Positions 9,809 to 25,680 of a stretch of 64,000 nucleotides of DNA are shown piece by piece. The first letter of the stretch is position 1; every line of letters starts with the position of its first letter. Made by a program: the position numbers and the translations under genes. A model generated the notes under the pieces. That model made no database searches. It saw only the letters and a list, made by a program, of their open reading frames with translations, and was not told the DNA's origin. The DNA comes from Eledone cirrhosa (Eukaryota). Where the stretch lies: assembly GCA_964016885.1 (NCBI GenBank), contig OZ024766.1, forward strand, positions 14,508,001 through 14,572,000. The letters run 5' to 3'.

Positions 9809-12800
9809 ACGAAGGAAATGTGGTAAGGAACCAGGTGGACCATAACGCACCAAAGTACTCAATACTTGAGGTAGTAGAGTGGGTAATAGGAACCTTATTA
9901 TATATTTATATATATATATATATAAATAATATATTAATAAATGGAAACTATATTTATAAAACCATATTTATTTTATTATACATATTTCAAGGGCAACCAA
10001 GGCAAACTGTTGAGTGCTTTATATCAGTTATAAAAATGTTTAAGCTTATTGAATCCCAACAAATTAAATATAACCTCTGCATATATATATATTTATATAT
10101 ATATATATAAATATATATAATACAACATTAGAATTACTACTACATTTTACTTTCTATCTCTGTCTCTCACATCTCTTTCTCTCCCTCTATCTCCCTCTCT
10201 CGATATCCCTCTCTTTCTCTCACCCCCCTCTCTCTCTCTATCTCTCTCTATCTCTCCTCCTGTCTCTCCCATACACTTACCTAAGGTCATGTAATTTAAC
10301 TGGGTGTGACTTTCTCTAAAAGTTAATACAAAGACTTGCTTTCAACTGACAGAAACATAGCTACAATGTTGCACACTCATATCATGTGTCTGTATGGCTG
10401 ACTGCCAGAACTTCATACAGAAATAAAAAACCCACACAACCAACATTCTGGGGTTGATAAAATATAATTGTTTCTAATTATATTGACTAATTATATTTAC
10501 GAATAATATTGACTAATAATATTGACTAATAATATTGACTAATTATATTGACTAATTATATTTACTAATAATATTGACTAATAATATTGACTAATAATAT
10601 TGACTAATTATATTGACTAATTATATTTACTAATAATATTGACTAATAATATTGACTAATAATATTGACTAAGTATATTTACTAATAATATTGACTAATA
10701 ATATTGACTTATTATATTGACTAATTATATTGACTAATTATATTGACTAATTATATTGACTAATTATATTGACTAATTATATTGACTAATAATATTGACT
10801 AATTATATTTACTAATAATATTGACTAATTATATTGACTAATTATATTTACTAATTATATTTACTAATAATATTTACTAATAATATTGACTAATAATATC
10901 GACTAATTATATTGACGAATTATATTGACTAATTATATTTACTAATTATATTGACTAATTATATTGACTAATTATATTTACTAATTATATTGACTAATTA
11001 TATTTACTAATAATAGTAACTAATTATATGAACTAATAATTGTTTCTACGTTAGGAACAAGGCCAGCAATTACCCAGTACATTACTGGTACTTTATTTTA
11101 TCGACCCCGTAAGGATGAAAGGCAAAGTTAACCTCATTAACTAATTATATTGACTAATTATATTAACTAATAATATTAACTAATATTATCACCTAATAAT
11201 ATTAACTAATAACATTCACTAATTATATTAACTAATAATATTAACTAATATTATCATCTAATAATATTCACTAATAATTTAAATAATTTTTACATTAGGC
11301 ACAAGGCCAGCAATTACCCCAGTGTATTACTGGTACTTTATTTTATCAACCCCGTAAGGATGAAAGGCAAAGTTAACCTCGGCGGGATTTGAATTAGTTA
11401 ATATTATTCGGTGGATTGGCAGTATTGTTGGAGCGTCGGACGCCTTGCTTTGATGCATAGAGTTATATAATTAGTAAATATTATTAGTTAATATTATTAG
11501 TTAATATTATTTAGTTAATATTATTAGTTAATATTATTAGTCAATATAATTAGTTAATATTATTAGTTAATATAATTAGTTAATATTATTAGTTAATATT
11601 ATTAGTCAATAATAACATTAATGGCAGTGGATTGGCAGTATCAGTGGAGGGTCGGACGCCATGCTTTGATGCATAGAGTTACGGCCCTTGCCATTCTGAG
11701 TTCAAATCCCACCGAGGTTAACTTTGCCTTTCATCCTTACGGGGTCGATAAAATAAAGTAGCAGTAATTCACTGGGGTAATTGCTGGCCTTGTGCCTAAC
11801 GTAGAAACAATTATTAACTAATATTACTAACTAATAATATTGATTGTTGACTAGAAATTTAGAGATTATTTTAATGGTTTCTGATTTAGATGCAAGGCCA
11901 ACACATTTGGGGAAGGGGTGTTGATTGACCCCAGTGTGTTACTGGTACTTTATTTTATCAACCCAGTAAGGATGAAAGGCAAAGCTTACCTTGATGGGAT
12001 TTGAACTCAGAACGTAAAGGGCCGTAACTGGGTTCAAATCCTACTGAAGTTATAGCTCTGGCTTTCATCCTAACAGGGTTGATAAAGTAAAGTACCAGTA
12101 ACGTACTGGGGTTGATGAAGTAAAGTACCTGTAACGTTCTTGGGTTGATAAAGTAAGGTACCAGTAATGTACTGGGGTTGATAAAGTAAAGTACCAGTAA
12201 TGTACTGGGGTTGATAAAGTAAAGCACCAGTAACGTACTGGGGTTGATAAAGTAAAGTACCAGTAATGTACTGGGGTTGATAAAGTAAAGTACCAGTAAT
12301 GTACTGGGTTTGATAAAGTAAAGTATCAGTAACGTACTGGGGTTGATAAAGTAAAGTACCAGTAACGTACTGGGGTTGATAAAGTAAAGTACCAGTAATG
12401 TACGGGGGTTGATAAAGTAAAGTACCAGTAACGTACTGGGGTTGATAAAGTAAAGTACCAGTAATGTACTGGGGTTGATAAAGTAAAGTACCAGTAATGT
12501 ACTGGGTTTGATAAAGTAAAGTATCAGTAACGTACTGGGGTTGATAAAGTAAAGTACCAGTAACGTACTGGGGTTGATAAAGTAAAGTACCAGTAATGTA
12601 CGGGGGTTGATAAAGTAAAGTACCAGTAACGTACTGGGGTTGATAAAGTAAAGTACCAGTAATGTACTGGGGTTGATAAAGTAAAGTACCAGTAACGTAC
12701 TGGGGTTGATAAAATAAAGTACCAGTAATGTACTGGGATTGATAAAATAAACTACCAGTAACGTACTGGGGTTGATAAAGTAAAGTACCAGGAATGTACT

Positions 12801-14567
12801 GGGGTTGATAAAGTAAAGTACCAGTAATGTACTGGGGTTGATAAAATAAAGTACCAGTAATGTACTGGGGTTGACAAAATAAAGTACCTGGACTGGTGAG
12901 AGATAAAAGCTGAGATATGAAAATAACTAACCTTTCTGACAACTGTTTCCTTCATAACCTGGAGCACATCTACCCCTTGAACAGATCCCTAATTCCACAT
13001 TACACCTGTTGTTATCTTCACAATGACACACCTGATCACAGTTGGCACCAAGTCTTCCACTACTGCACACTGTAACAGGAAAACATTGGTGTAGATCAGG
13101 GATTGCCAACTTCTTTGCCTCCATGGGCCGGACGAACGCCATAAAAGAATAATTATGGAAAATTACACAAGCTAAAATTTTTATCTCGAGTGTCGACTAT
13201 ACTATTCATTTCTCAAATCTTGAATTATATTCACAAATACCTCTGAATCCTGTGATTTCCCTCCTTGAAATGATGGAAAATGCACATAATTTTTATTTCA
13301 AAGTTGATGTTCCCACAACTGTAGCTTTTTTTCAAAGGCAACAATATGGTTATACATTTCATTTACGAGCTGAGTTTTACCTTGAAGTTGTAAATTTAAG
13401 TTATTTAACCCTTTAGCACTTACATTACTCTATATTTACTATTGTAATGTCACAGTAAACACTTAATTTTATATAGTTATCTCACATAATATTGAATCTA
13501 TAAGATTTTGATATTATTTATTTTGAGAAGAATACCTTAACGTCAGTATGAGTGGCTAGTTACAGCCGGTTTGAACAGAAAAAAGTGAGAGATTTCTGGC
13601 CGGATATGGCCGGTTTAAATGCTAAAGGGTTAAACGAGTCACAATATCCTCAATAAATACCAAAGTTGTAACAGCAGGCCTTTTATTGTATTCGAAAGGA
13701 ATAATACGTATTATTCTTTTATAATCTTTTATAATCTCTATAATTGTATTATTCTTTATCGAAAGGTTGTGAGTTCAATTCTCCGACCGGTTAACGTGTT
13801 GTTTCCTTGAGCAAACACTTTATTTCAAATTGCTCCAGTTTACTCAGCTGTAGAAATGAGATGATAGGGACTGGAGTCCCTATCATTCCACTGTAAAGTG
13901 GTCGTAGCGGTGCCACGGCAAAAAATCACCCAGCACTCACTGTAAATGAGGTTGGTTTTAGGAAGGGCATCAAGCTGTAGAAATCAAGCCAGAATCAGTT
14001 CCTGTCCCACTCTTGCAAGCAGGGAAAAGGGGACGTAAAATGAAATGATTTCATAATTCAGGGGTTGATAAAATATAGTACCAGTGATATCCTGGGGTAG
14101 ATTTAATAGAATAGCTTAACACACACTCACATATATATATATATCTACTAACCAAAGTATCGCGTGATCTGGTGCGTTATGGTCCACCTCGTTCCTTACC
14201 ATACTTCCTACCACACACACACACACACATATATAGATATATACTTATAAATATATACAGAATAAGGAGCAGGTATTACAATAACCTGGGGTTCAAGGGC
14301 CCTCACCTCTTCAACAAGCTGCCAAGGAATTTGAGAGATCTGCACGGTGTGGACGTGGATGTTTTCAAGGAACATCTCGACACCCTGTTACCAGGATCCT
14401 GGATGAGCCCACAGCATGGTTCGAAGGTAACCTAAGGGCAGCAACAACGAACCCCCTCTTTGCCGAATGGCCAACCAACACAGGTTGGAGAAAGAATGTG
14501 TAACAAGGGCATGCCCCAGCATGGCCTCAACTGGATCGCTGGAACACGTTAAAAGAGTCAAAGAGAA

Positions 14568-14598
<31 letters not shown>

Positions 14599-15271
14599 TT
14601 ATATTTATATTTCTGGCTATTTCTGGCTGTCGATGGTCCTATTCAGGCCACTGGGATGACGTTGTTCAACGAGTGTATTTTTAAAAAATGCAACACGTGG
14701 TTCAAATCATTCGCAGATTTGCATTTGCTGTGTAAACGCAGATGGTTATTTTTCTTCTCATTTGGTGAACATCGAAGAATTTAACTGCTGTGATTTACGG
14801 ATTAATAGGTGAAATATATTTCTTACTTAAAGAAATATATACAAAGGAGATTAATCATTTTAAAAGGTATCTATATTTGAAGTTCTAGTCAAGCTTTAAT
14901 TAGTTACCTACCTAGCTATGTGTGCCTACATTCTTTACAAATTATTCCCTGTGATTGTTTCATGTATTTATTATATATATATATATATATGTCAATCTAT
15001 TTCTAGTTGATATGTAATGCTCGGATCTAATCTTTCAGCTTATTCTACGCATGGCGCATGTCTCTCAGACATGACAACCCTTAGTTTTAATTTTGGATAT
15101 ATATATATATACATATATGTATATATATATATGTGTGTGTGTGTGTATATATATATATATCTCAGAGTACTCAATACTTAGGGTAGAAGAGTGGGTAATA
15201 GGAAAAGAGCCAGGAACCCAACAGCTGAGCTCTGGCCAGAGATCAGCAGTTGGGGTCCTGACTCTTTTCCT

Positions 15272-15308
<37 letters not shown>

Positions 15309-15449
15309 TAAATGGAAACTATATTTATAAAACCATATTTATTTTATTATACATATTTCAAGGCAAACAAGGCAAACTGTTGAGTGCTTTATATCAGTTA
15401 TAAACATTTTTAAGCTTATTGAATCCCAACAAATTAAATATAACCTCTG

Positions 15450-15480
<31 letters not shown>

Positions 15481-18400
15481 CAACATTAGAATTACTACTA
15501 CATTTTACTTTCTATCTCTCTGCCTCTTCCACTTTTAGTCTCCATTCTTCCCACTTTCTCTCTCTCCCTCTCTCTCTGTCTCTCTCACATCTCTTTCTCT
15601 CCCGCTATCTCCCTCTCTCGATATCCCTCTCTTTCTCTCTCTCTCTGTCTCTCTCGCCCCCTCTCTCTTTATCTCTCCTCCTGTCTCTCCCATACACTTA
15701 CCTAAGGTCATGTAATTTAACTGGGTGTGACTTTCTCTAAAAGTTAATACAAAGACTTGCTTTCAACAGACAGAAACATAGCTACGATGTTGCACACTCA
15801 TATCATGTGTCTGTATGGCTGACTGTCTGAACTTCATACAGAAATAAAAAACCCACACAACCAACATTCTGGGGTTGATAAAATATAATTGTTTCTAATT
15901 ATATTGACTAATTATATTTACTAATAATATTGAGTAATAATATTGACTAATTATATTGACTAATTATATTGACTAATTATATTGAGTAATAATATTGAGT
16001 AATAATATTGACTAATTATATTGACTAATTATATTGACTAATTATATTGACTAATTATATTGACTAATTATATTGACTTATATTGACTAATTATATTTAC
16101 TAATAGTATTGACTAATTATATTGACTAATTATATTGACTAATTATATTGACTAATAATATTGACTAATTATATTGACTAATTATATTGACTAATTATAT
16201 TGACTAATTATATTGACTAATTATATTGACTAATTATATTTACTAATTATATTGACTAATTATATTTACGAATAATAGTAACTAATTATATTAACTAATA
16301 ATTGTTTCTACGTTAGGCACAAGGCCAGCAATTACCCAGTACATTACTGGTACTTTATTTTATCGACCCCGTAAGGATGAAAGGCAAAGTTAACCTCATT
16401 AACTAATTATATTGACTAATTATATTAACTAATAATATTAACTAATATTATCACCTAATAATATTAACTAATAACATTCACTAATTATATTAACTAATAA
16501 TATTAACTAATATTATCAACTAATAATATTCACTAATAATTTAAATAATTTTTACATTAGGCACAAGGCCAGCAATTACCCCAGTGTATTACTGGTACTT
16601 TATTTTATCAACCCCGTAAGGATGAAAGGCAAAGTTAACCTCGGCGGGATTTGAATTAGTTAATATTATTCGGTGGATTGGCAGTATCGGTGGAGCGTCG
16701 GACGCCATGCTTTGATGCATAGAGTTATATAATTAGTAAATATTATTAGTTAATATAATTAGTTAATATAATTAGTTAATATTATTAGTTAATATAATTA
16801 GTTAATATTATTAGTTAATATTATTAGTTAATATTATTAGTTAATATTATTTAGTTAATATTATTAGTCAATATAATTAGTTAATATTATTAGTTAATAT
16901 AATTAGTTAATATTATTAGTTAATATTATTAGTCAATAATAATATTAATGGCAGTGGATTGGCAGTATCAGTGGAGGGTCGGACGCCATGCTTTGATGCA
17001 TAGAGTTACGGCCCTTGCCATTCTGAGTTCAAATCCCACCGAGGTTAACTTTGCCTTTCATCCTTACGGGGTCGATAAAATAAAGTAGCAGTAATTCACT
17101 GGGGTAATTGCTGGCCTTGTGCCTAACGTAGAAAAAATTATTAACTAATATTTCTAACTAATAATATTGATTGTTGACTAGAAATTTAGAGATTATTTTA
17201 ATGGTTTCTGATTTAGATGCAAGGCCAACACATTTGGGGAAGGGGTGTTGATTGACCCCAGTGTGTTACTGGTACTTTATTTTATCAACCCAGTAAGGAT
17301 GAAAGGCAAAGCTTACCTTGATGGGATTTGAACTCAGAACGTAAAGGGCCGTAACTGGGTTCAAATCCTACTGAAGTTATAGCTCTAGCTTTCATCCTAA
17401 CAGGGTTGATAAAGGAAAGTACCAGTAACGTACTGGGGTTGATGAAGTAAAGTACCTGTAACGTTCTTGGGTTGATTAAGTAAGGTACCAGTAATGTACT
17501 GGGGTTGATAAAGTAAAGTACCAGTAATGTACTGGGGTTGATAAAGTAAAGTACCTGTAACGTTCTTGGGTTGATAAAGTAAGGTACCAGTAATGTACTG
17601 GGGTTGATAAAGTAAAGTACCCGTAATGTTCTGGGTTTGATAAAGTAAAGTATCAGTAACGTACTGGGGTTGATAAAGTAAAGTACCAGTAACGTACTGG
17701 GGTTGATAAAGTAAAGTACCAGTAATGTACGGGGGTTGATAAAGTAAAGTACCAGTAACGTACTGGGGTTGATAAAGTAAAGTACCAGTAATGTACTGGG
17801 GTTGATAAAGTAAAGTACCAGTAACGTACTGGCGTTGATAAAGTAAAGTACCAGTAATGTACTGGGGTTGATAAAATAAAGTACCAGTAATGTACTGGAG
17901 TTGATAAAATAAAGTACTAGTAACGTACTGGGGTTGATAAAGTAAAGTACCAGTAATGTACTGGGGTTGATAAAGTAAAGTAACAGTAATGTACTGGGGT
18001 TGATAAAATAAAGTACCAGTAACGTACTGGGGTTGATAAAGTAAAGTACCAGTAAAGTACTGGGGTTGACAAAATAAAGTACCAGTAATGTACTGGGGTT
18101 GACAAAATAAAGTACCAGTAACGTACTGGGGTTGATAAAATAAAGTACCTGGACTGGTGAGAGATAAAAGCTGAGATATGAAAATAACTAACCTTTCTGA
18201 CAACTGTTTCCTTCATAACCTGGAGCACATCTACCCCTTGAACAGATCCCTAATTGCACATTACACCTGTTGTTATCTTCACAATGACACACTTGATCAC
18301 AGTTGGCACCAAGTCTTCCACTACTGCACACTGTAACAGGAAAACATTGGTGTAGATCAGGGATTGGCAACTTCTTTGCCTCCATGGGCCGGACGAACGC

Positions 18401-20672
18401 CATAAAAGAATAATTATGGAAAATTACACAAGCTAAAATTTTTATCTCGAGTGTCGACTATACTATTCATTTCTCAAATCTTGAATTATATTCACAAATA
18501 CCTCTGAATCCTGTGATTTCCCTCCTTGAAATGATGGAAAATGCACATAATTTTTATTTCAAAGTTGATGTTCCCACAACTGTAGCTTTTTTTCAAAGGC
18601 AACAATATGGTTATACATTTCATTTACGAGCTGAGTTTTACCTTGAAGTTGTAAATTTAAGTTATTTAACCCTTTAGCACTTACATTACTCTATATTTAC
18701 TATTCTAGTTTCACAGTAAACACTTTATCTTATATAGTTATCTCACATAATATTGAATCTATGAGATTTTGATATTATTTATTTTGAGAAGAATACCTTA
18801 ACGTCAGTATGAGTGGCTAGTTACAGCCGGTTTGAACAGAAAAAAGTGAGAGATTTCTGGCCGGATATGGCCGGTTTAAATGCTAAAGGGTTAAACGATT
18901 CACAATATCCTCAATAAATACCAAAGTTGTAACAGCAGGCCTTTTATTGTATTCGAAAGGAATAATACGTATTATTCTTTTATAATCTTTTATAATCTCT
19001 ATAATTGTATTATTCTTTATCGAAAGGTTGTGAGTTCAATTCTCAGACCGGGTAATGTGTTGTTTCCTTGAGCAAGACACTTTATTTCAAATTGCTCCAG
19101 TTTACTCAGCTGTAGAAATGAGATGATAGGGACTGGAGTCCCTATCATTCCACTGTAAAGTGGTCGTAGTGGTGCCACGGCAAAAAATCACCCAGCACTC
19201 ACTGTAAATGAGGTTGGTTTTAGGAAGGGCATCAAGCTGTAGAAATCAAGCCAGAATCAGTTCCTGTCCCACTCTTGCAAGCAGGGAAAAGGGGACGTAA
19301 AATGAAATGATTTCATAATTCAGGGGTTGATAAAATATAGTACCAGTGATATCCTGGGGTAGATTTAATAGAATAGCTTAACACACACTCACATATATAT
19401 ATATATCTACTAACCAAAGTATCGCGTGATCTGGTGCGTTATGGTCCACCTCGTTCCTTACCATACTTCCTACCACACACACACACACACATATATAGAT
19501 ATATACTTATAAATATATACAGAATAAGGAGCAGGTATTACAATAACCTGGGGTTCAAGGGCCCTCACCTCTTCAACAAGCTGCCAAGGAATTTGAGAGA
19601 TCTGCATGGTGTGGACGTGGATGTTTTCAAGGAACATCTCGACACCCTGTTACCAGGATCCTGGATGAGCCCACAGCATGGTTCGAAGGTAACCTAAGGG
19701 CAGCAACAACGAACCCCCTCTTTGCCGAATGGCCAACCAACACAGGTTGGAGAAAGAATGTGTAACAAGGGCATGCCCCAGCATGGCCTCAACTGGATCG
19801 CTGGAACACGTTAAAAGAGTAAAAGAGAATATATATATATATATACATATAATGTAGGAGGTGAGTTTTATTGTAGTACAATAAAGCAATGCAGATATCG
19901 GATAAGAAGCACTCTACAGTTTGTAGGACTGGAGTATACATAATATAAGATCAAAAGTTGGTTAAAGGAGTTCCATGTATTTTATTATGCGCATTTAAAA
20001 CTGCACTATCCACAAGTGTTTTTTTAGCCTTCATATCATGTTCTCCTGTTTTATCTGATGAAAACACAAATAATATTGCATGATGATGTTTGTTTTTGAA
20101 ATGCGCATAATAAAATACATGGAACTCCTTTAACCATCTTTTGATCTTATATTATATATACATATATATATATTTATATTTATATTTCTGGCTATTTCTG
20201 GCTGTCGATGGTCCTATTCAGGCCACTGGGATGACGTTGTTCAACGAGTGTATTTTTAAAAAAATGCAACACGTGGTTCATATCATTCGCAGATTTGCAT
20301 TTGCTGCGTAAACGCAGATGGTTATTTTTCTTCTCATTTGGTGAACATCCAAGAATTTAACTGCTGTGATTTACGGATTAATAGGTGAAATATATTTCTT
20401 ACTTAAAGAAATATATACAAAGGAGATTAATCATTTTAAAAGGTATCTATATTTGAAGTTCTAGTCAAGCTTTAATTAGTTACCTACCTAGCTATGTGTG
20501 CCTACATTCTTTACAAATTATTCCCTGTGATTGTTTCATGTATTTATTATATATATATATATATATGTCAATCTATTTCTAGTTGATATGTAATGCTCGG
20601 ATCTAATCTTTCAGCTTATTCTACGCATGGTGCATGTCTCTCAGACATGACAACCCTTAATTTTAATTTTGG

Positions 20673-20726
<54 letters not shown>

Positions 20727-20849
20727 ATATATATATATCTCAGAGTACTCAATACTTAGGGTAGAAGAGTGGGTAATAGGAAAAGAGCATGGAACCCAAC
20801 AGCTGAGCTCTGGCCAGAGATCAGCAGTTGGGGTCCTGACTCTTTTCCT

Positions 20850-20912
<63 letters not shown>

Positions 20913-21051
20913 TAAATGGAAACTATATTTATAAAACTATATTTATTTTATTATACATATTTCAAGGCAACCAAGGCAAACTGTTGAGTGCTTTATATCA
21001 GTTATAAACATTTTTAAGCTTATTGAATCCCAACAAATTAAATATAACCTC

Positions 21052-21086
<35 letters not shown>

Positions 21087-24000
21087 CAACATTAGAATTA
21101 CTACTACATTTTACTTTCTATCTCTCTGCCTCTTCCACTTTTAGTCTCCATTCTTCCCACTTTCTCTCTCTCCCTCTCTCTCTGTCTCTCTCACATCTCT
21201 TTCTCTCCCTCTATCTCCCTCTCTCGATATCCCTCTCTTTCTCTCTCTCTCTGTCTCTCTCGCCCCCTCTCTCTCTATCTCTCCTCCTGTCTCTCCCATA
21301 CACTTACCTAAGGTCATGTAATTTAACTGGGTGTGACTTTCTCTAAAAGTTAATACAAAGACTTGCTTTCAACTGACAGAAACATAGCTACGATGTTGCA
21401 CACTCATATCATGTGTCTGTATGGCTGACTGTCTGAACTTCATACAGAAATAAAAAACCCACACAACCAACATTCTGGGGTTGATAAAATATAATTGTTT
21501 CTAATTATATTGACTAATTATATTTACTAATAATATTGAGTAATAATATTGACTAATTATATTGACTAATTATATTGAGTAATAATATTGAGTAATAATA
21601 TTGACTAATTATATTGACTAATTATATTGACTAATTATATTGACTAATTATATTGACTAATTATATTGACTTATATTGACTAATTATATTTACTAATAGT
21701 ATTGACTAATTATATTGACTAATTATATTGAGTAATAATATTGACTAATTATATTGATTAATTATATTGACTAATTATATTGACTAATTATATTGACTAA
21801 TTATATTGACTTATTATATTGACTAATTATATTTACTAATAGTATTGACTAATAATATTGACTAATTATATTGACTAATTATATTGACTAATTATATTGA
21901 CTAATTATATTGACTGATTATATTGACTAATTATATTGACTAATTATATTTACTAATAATAGTAACTAATTATATGAACTAATAATTGTTTCTACGTTAG
22001 GCACAAGGCCAGCAATTACCCAGTACATTACTGGTACTTTATTTTATCGACCCCGTAAGGATGAAAGGCAAAGTTAACCTCATTAACTAATTATATTGAC
22101 TAATTATATTAACTAATAATATTAACTAATATTATCACCTAATAATATTAACTAATAACATTCACTAATTATATTAACTAATAATATTAACTAATATTAT
22201 CAACTAATAATATTCACTAATAATTTAAATAATTTTTACATTAGGCACAAGGCCAGCAATTACCCCAGTGTATTACTGGTACTTTATTTTATCAACCACG
22301 TAAGGATGAAAGGCAAAGTTAACCTCGGCGGGATTTGAATTAGTTAATATTATTCGGTGGATTGGCAGTATCGGTGGAGCGTCGGACGCCTTGCTTTGAT
22401 GCATAGAGTTATATAATTAGTAAATATTATTAGTTAATATTATTAGTTAATATTATTAGTTAATATAATTAGTTAATATAATTAGTTAATATAATTAGTT
22501 AATATTATTAGTTAATATTATTAGTTAATATAATTAGTTAATATAATTAGTTAATATTATTAGTTAATAGTATTAGTTAATATTACTAGTTAATATTATT
22601 TAGTTAATATTATTAGTTAATATTATTAGTCAATATAATTAGTTAATATTATTAGTTAATATAATTAGTTAATATTATTAGTTAATATTATTAGTCAATA
22701 ATAATATTAATGGCAGTGGATTGGCAGTATCAGTGGAGGGTCGGACGCCATGCTTTGATGCATAGAGTTACGGCCCTTGCCATTCTGATTTCAAATCCCA
22801 CCGAGGTTAACTTTGCCTTTCATCCTTACGGGGTCGATAAAATAAAGTAGCAGTAATTCACTGGGGTAATTGTTGGCCTTGTGCCTAACGTAGAAACAAT
22901 TATTAACTAATATTTCTAACTAATAATATTGATTGTTGACTAGAAATTTAGAGATTATTTTAATGGTTTCTGATTTAGATGCAAGGCCAACACATTTGGG
23001 GAAGGGGTGTTGATTGACCCCAGTGTGTTACTGGTACTTTATTTTATCAACCCAGTCAGGATGAAGGGCAAAGCTTACCTTGATGGGATTTGAACTCAGA
23101 ACGTAAAGGGCCGTAACTGGGTTCAAATCCTACTGAAGTTATAGCTCTGGCTTTCATCCTAACAGGGTTGATAAAGGAAAGTACCAGTAACGTACTGGGG
23201 TTGATGAAGTAAAGTACCTGTAACGTTCTTGGGTTGATAAAGTAAGGTACCAGTAATGTACTGGGGTTGATAAAGTAAAGTACCAGTAATGTACTGGGGT
23301 TGATAAAGTAAAGTACCAGTAACGTACTGGGGTTGATAAAGTAAAGTACCAGTAATGTACTGGGGTTGATAAAGTAAAGTACCAGTAATGTACTGGGTTT
23401 GATAAAGTAAAGTATCAGTAACGTACTGGGGTTGATAAAGTAAAGTACCAGTAACGTACTGGGGTTGATAAAGTAAAGTACCAGTAATGTACGGGGGTTG
23501 ATAAAGTAAAGTACCAGTAACGTACTGGGGTTGATAAAGTAAAGTACCAGTAATGTACTGGGGTTGATAAAGTAAAGTACCAGTAATGTACTGGGTTTGA
23601 TAAAGTAAAGTATCAGTAACGTACTGGGGTTGATAAAGTAAAGTACCAGTAACGTACTGGGGTTGATAAAGTAAAGTACCAGTAATGTACGGGGGTTGAT
23701 AAAGTAAAGTACCAGTAACGTACTGGGGTTGATAAAGTAAAGTACCAGTAATGTACTGGGGTTGATAAAGTAAAGTACCAGTAACGTACTGGGGTTGATA
23801 AAATAAAGTACCAGTAATGTACTGGGATTGATAAAATAAAGTACCAGTAACGTACTGGGGTTGATAAAGTAAAGTACCAGGAATGTACTGGGGTTGATAA
23901 AGTAAAGTACCAGTAATGTACTGGGGTTGATAAAATAAAGTACCAGTAACGTACTGGGGTTGATAAAATAAAGTACCTGGACTGGTGAGAGATAAAAGCT

Positions 24001-25647
24001 GAGATATGAAAATAACTAACCTTTCTGACAACTGTTTCCTTCATAACCTGGAGCACATCTACCCCTTGAACAGATCCCTAATTCCACATTACACCTGTTG
24101 TTATCTTCACAATGACACACCTGATCACGGTTGGCACCAAGTCTTCCACTACTGCACACTGTAACAGGAAAACATTGGTGTAGATCAGGGATTGCCAACT
24201 TCTTTGCCTCCATGGGCCGGACGAACGCCATAAAAGAATAATTATGGAAAATTACACAAGCTAAAATTTAATCTCGAGTGTTGACTATACTATTCATTTC
24301 TCAAATCTTGAATTATATTCACAAATACCTCTGAATCCTGTGATTTCCCTCCTTGAAATGATGGAAAATGCACATAATTTTTATTTCAAAGTTGATGTTC
24401 CCACAACTGTAGCTTTTTTTCAAAGACAACAATATGGTTATACATTTCATTTACGAGCTGTGTTTTACCTTGAAGTTGTAAATTTAAGTTATTTAACCCT
24501 TTAGCACTTACATTATTCTATATTTACTATTGTAGTTTCACAGTAAACACTTTATCTTATATCGTTATCTCACATAATATTGAATCTATGAGATTTTGAT
24601 ATTATTTATTTTGAGAAGAATACCTTAACGTCAGTATGAGTGGCTAGTTACAGCCGGTTTGAACAGAAAAAAGTGAGAGATTTCTGGCCGGATATGGCCG
24701 GTTTAAATGCTAAAGGGTTAAATGAGTCACAATATCCTCAATAAATACCAAAGTTGTAACAGCAGGCCTTTTATTGTATTCGAAAGGAATAATACGTATT
24801 ATTCTTTTATAATCTTTTATAATCTCTATAATTGTATTATTCTTTATCGAAAGGTTGTGAGTTCAATTCTCCGACCGGTTAATGTGTTGTTTCCTTGAGC
24901 AAGACACTTTATTTCAAATTGCTCCAGTTTACTCAGCTGTAGAAATGAGATGATAGGGACTGGAGTCCCTATCATTCCACTGTAAAGTGGTCGTAGAGGT
25001 GCCACGGCAAAAAATCACCCAGCACTCACTGTAAATGAGGTTGGTTTTAGGAAGGGCATCAAGCTGTAGAAATCAAGCCAGAATCAGTTCCTGTCCCACT
25101 CTTGCAAGCAGGGAAAAGGGGACGTAAAATGAAATGATTTCATAATTCAGGGGTTGATAAAATATAGTACCAGTGATATCCTGGAGTAGATTTAATAGAA
25201 TAGCTTAACACACACTCACATATATATATATATCTACTAACCAAAGTATCGCGTGATCTGGTGCGTTATGGTCCACCTCGTTCCTTACCATACTTCCTAC
25301 CACACACACACATATATAGATATATACTTATAAATATATACAGAATAAGGAGCAGGTATTACAATAACCTGGGGTTCAAGGGCCCTCACCTCTTCAACAA
25401 GCTGCCAAGGAATTTGAGAGATCTGCATGGTGTGGACGTGGATGTTTTCAAGGAACATCTCGACACCCTGTTACCAGGATCCTGGATGAGCCCACAGCAT
25501 GGTTCGAAGGTAACCTAAGGGCAGCAACAACGAACCCCCTCTTTGCCAAATGGCCAACCAACACAGGTTGGAGAAAGAATGTGTAACAAGGGCATGCCCC
25601 AGCATGGCCTCAACTGGATCGCTGGAACACGTTAAAAGAGTAAAAGA

Positions 25648-25680
<33 letters not shown>

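Noticed and set aside
12070-12942. 290-aa (GTLLYQPQYIT)n ORF and its relatives in other units, resembling a repetitive structural protein
   Set aside because: It is a translation of the SINE-derived 33-bp minisatellite. It starts at a non-ATG codon overlapping the exon donor and is frameshifted or stopped in other units.
15040-15090. Second hammerhead in the 375-bp segment (minus strand ctgagaga)
   Set aside because: It does not match CUGANGA, and I found no compatible stem arrangement.
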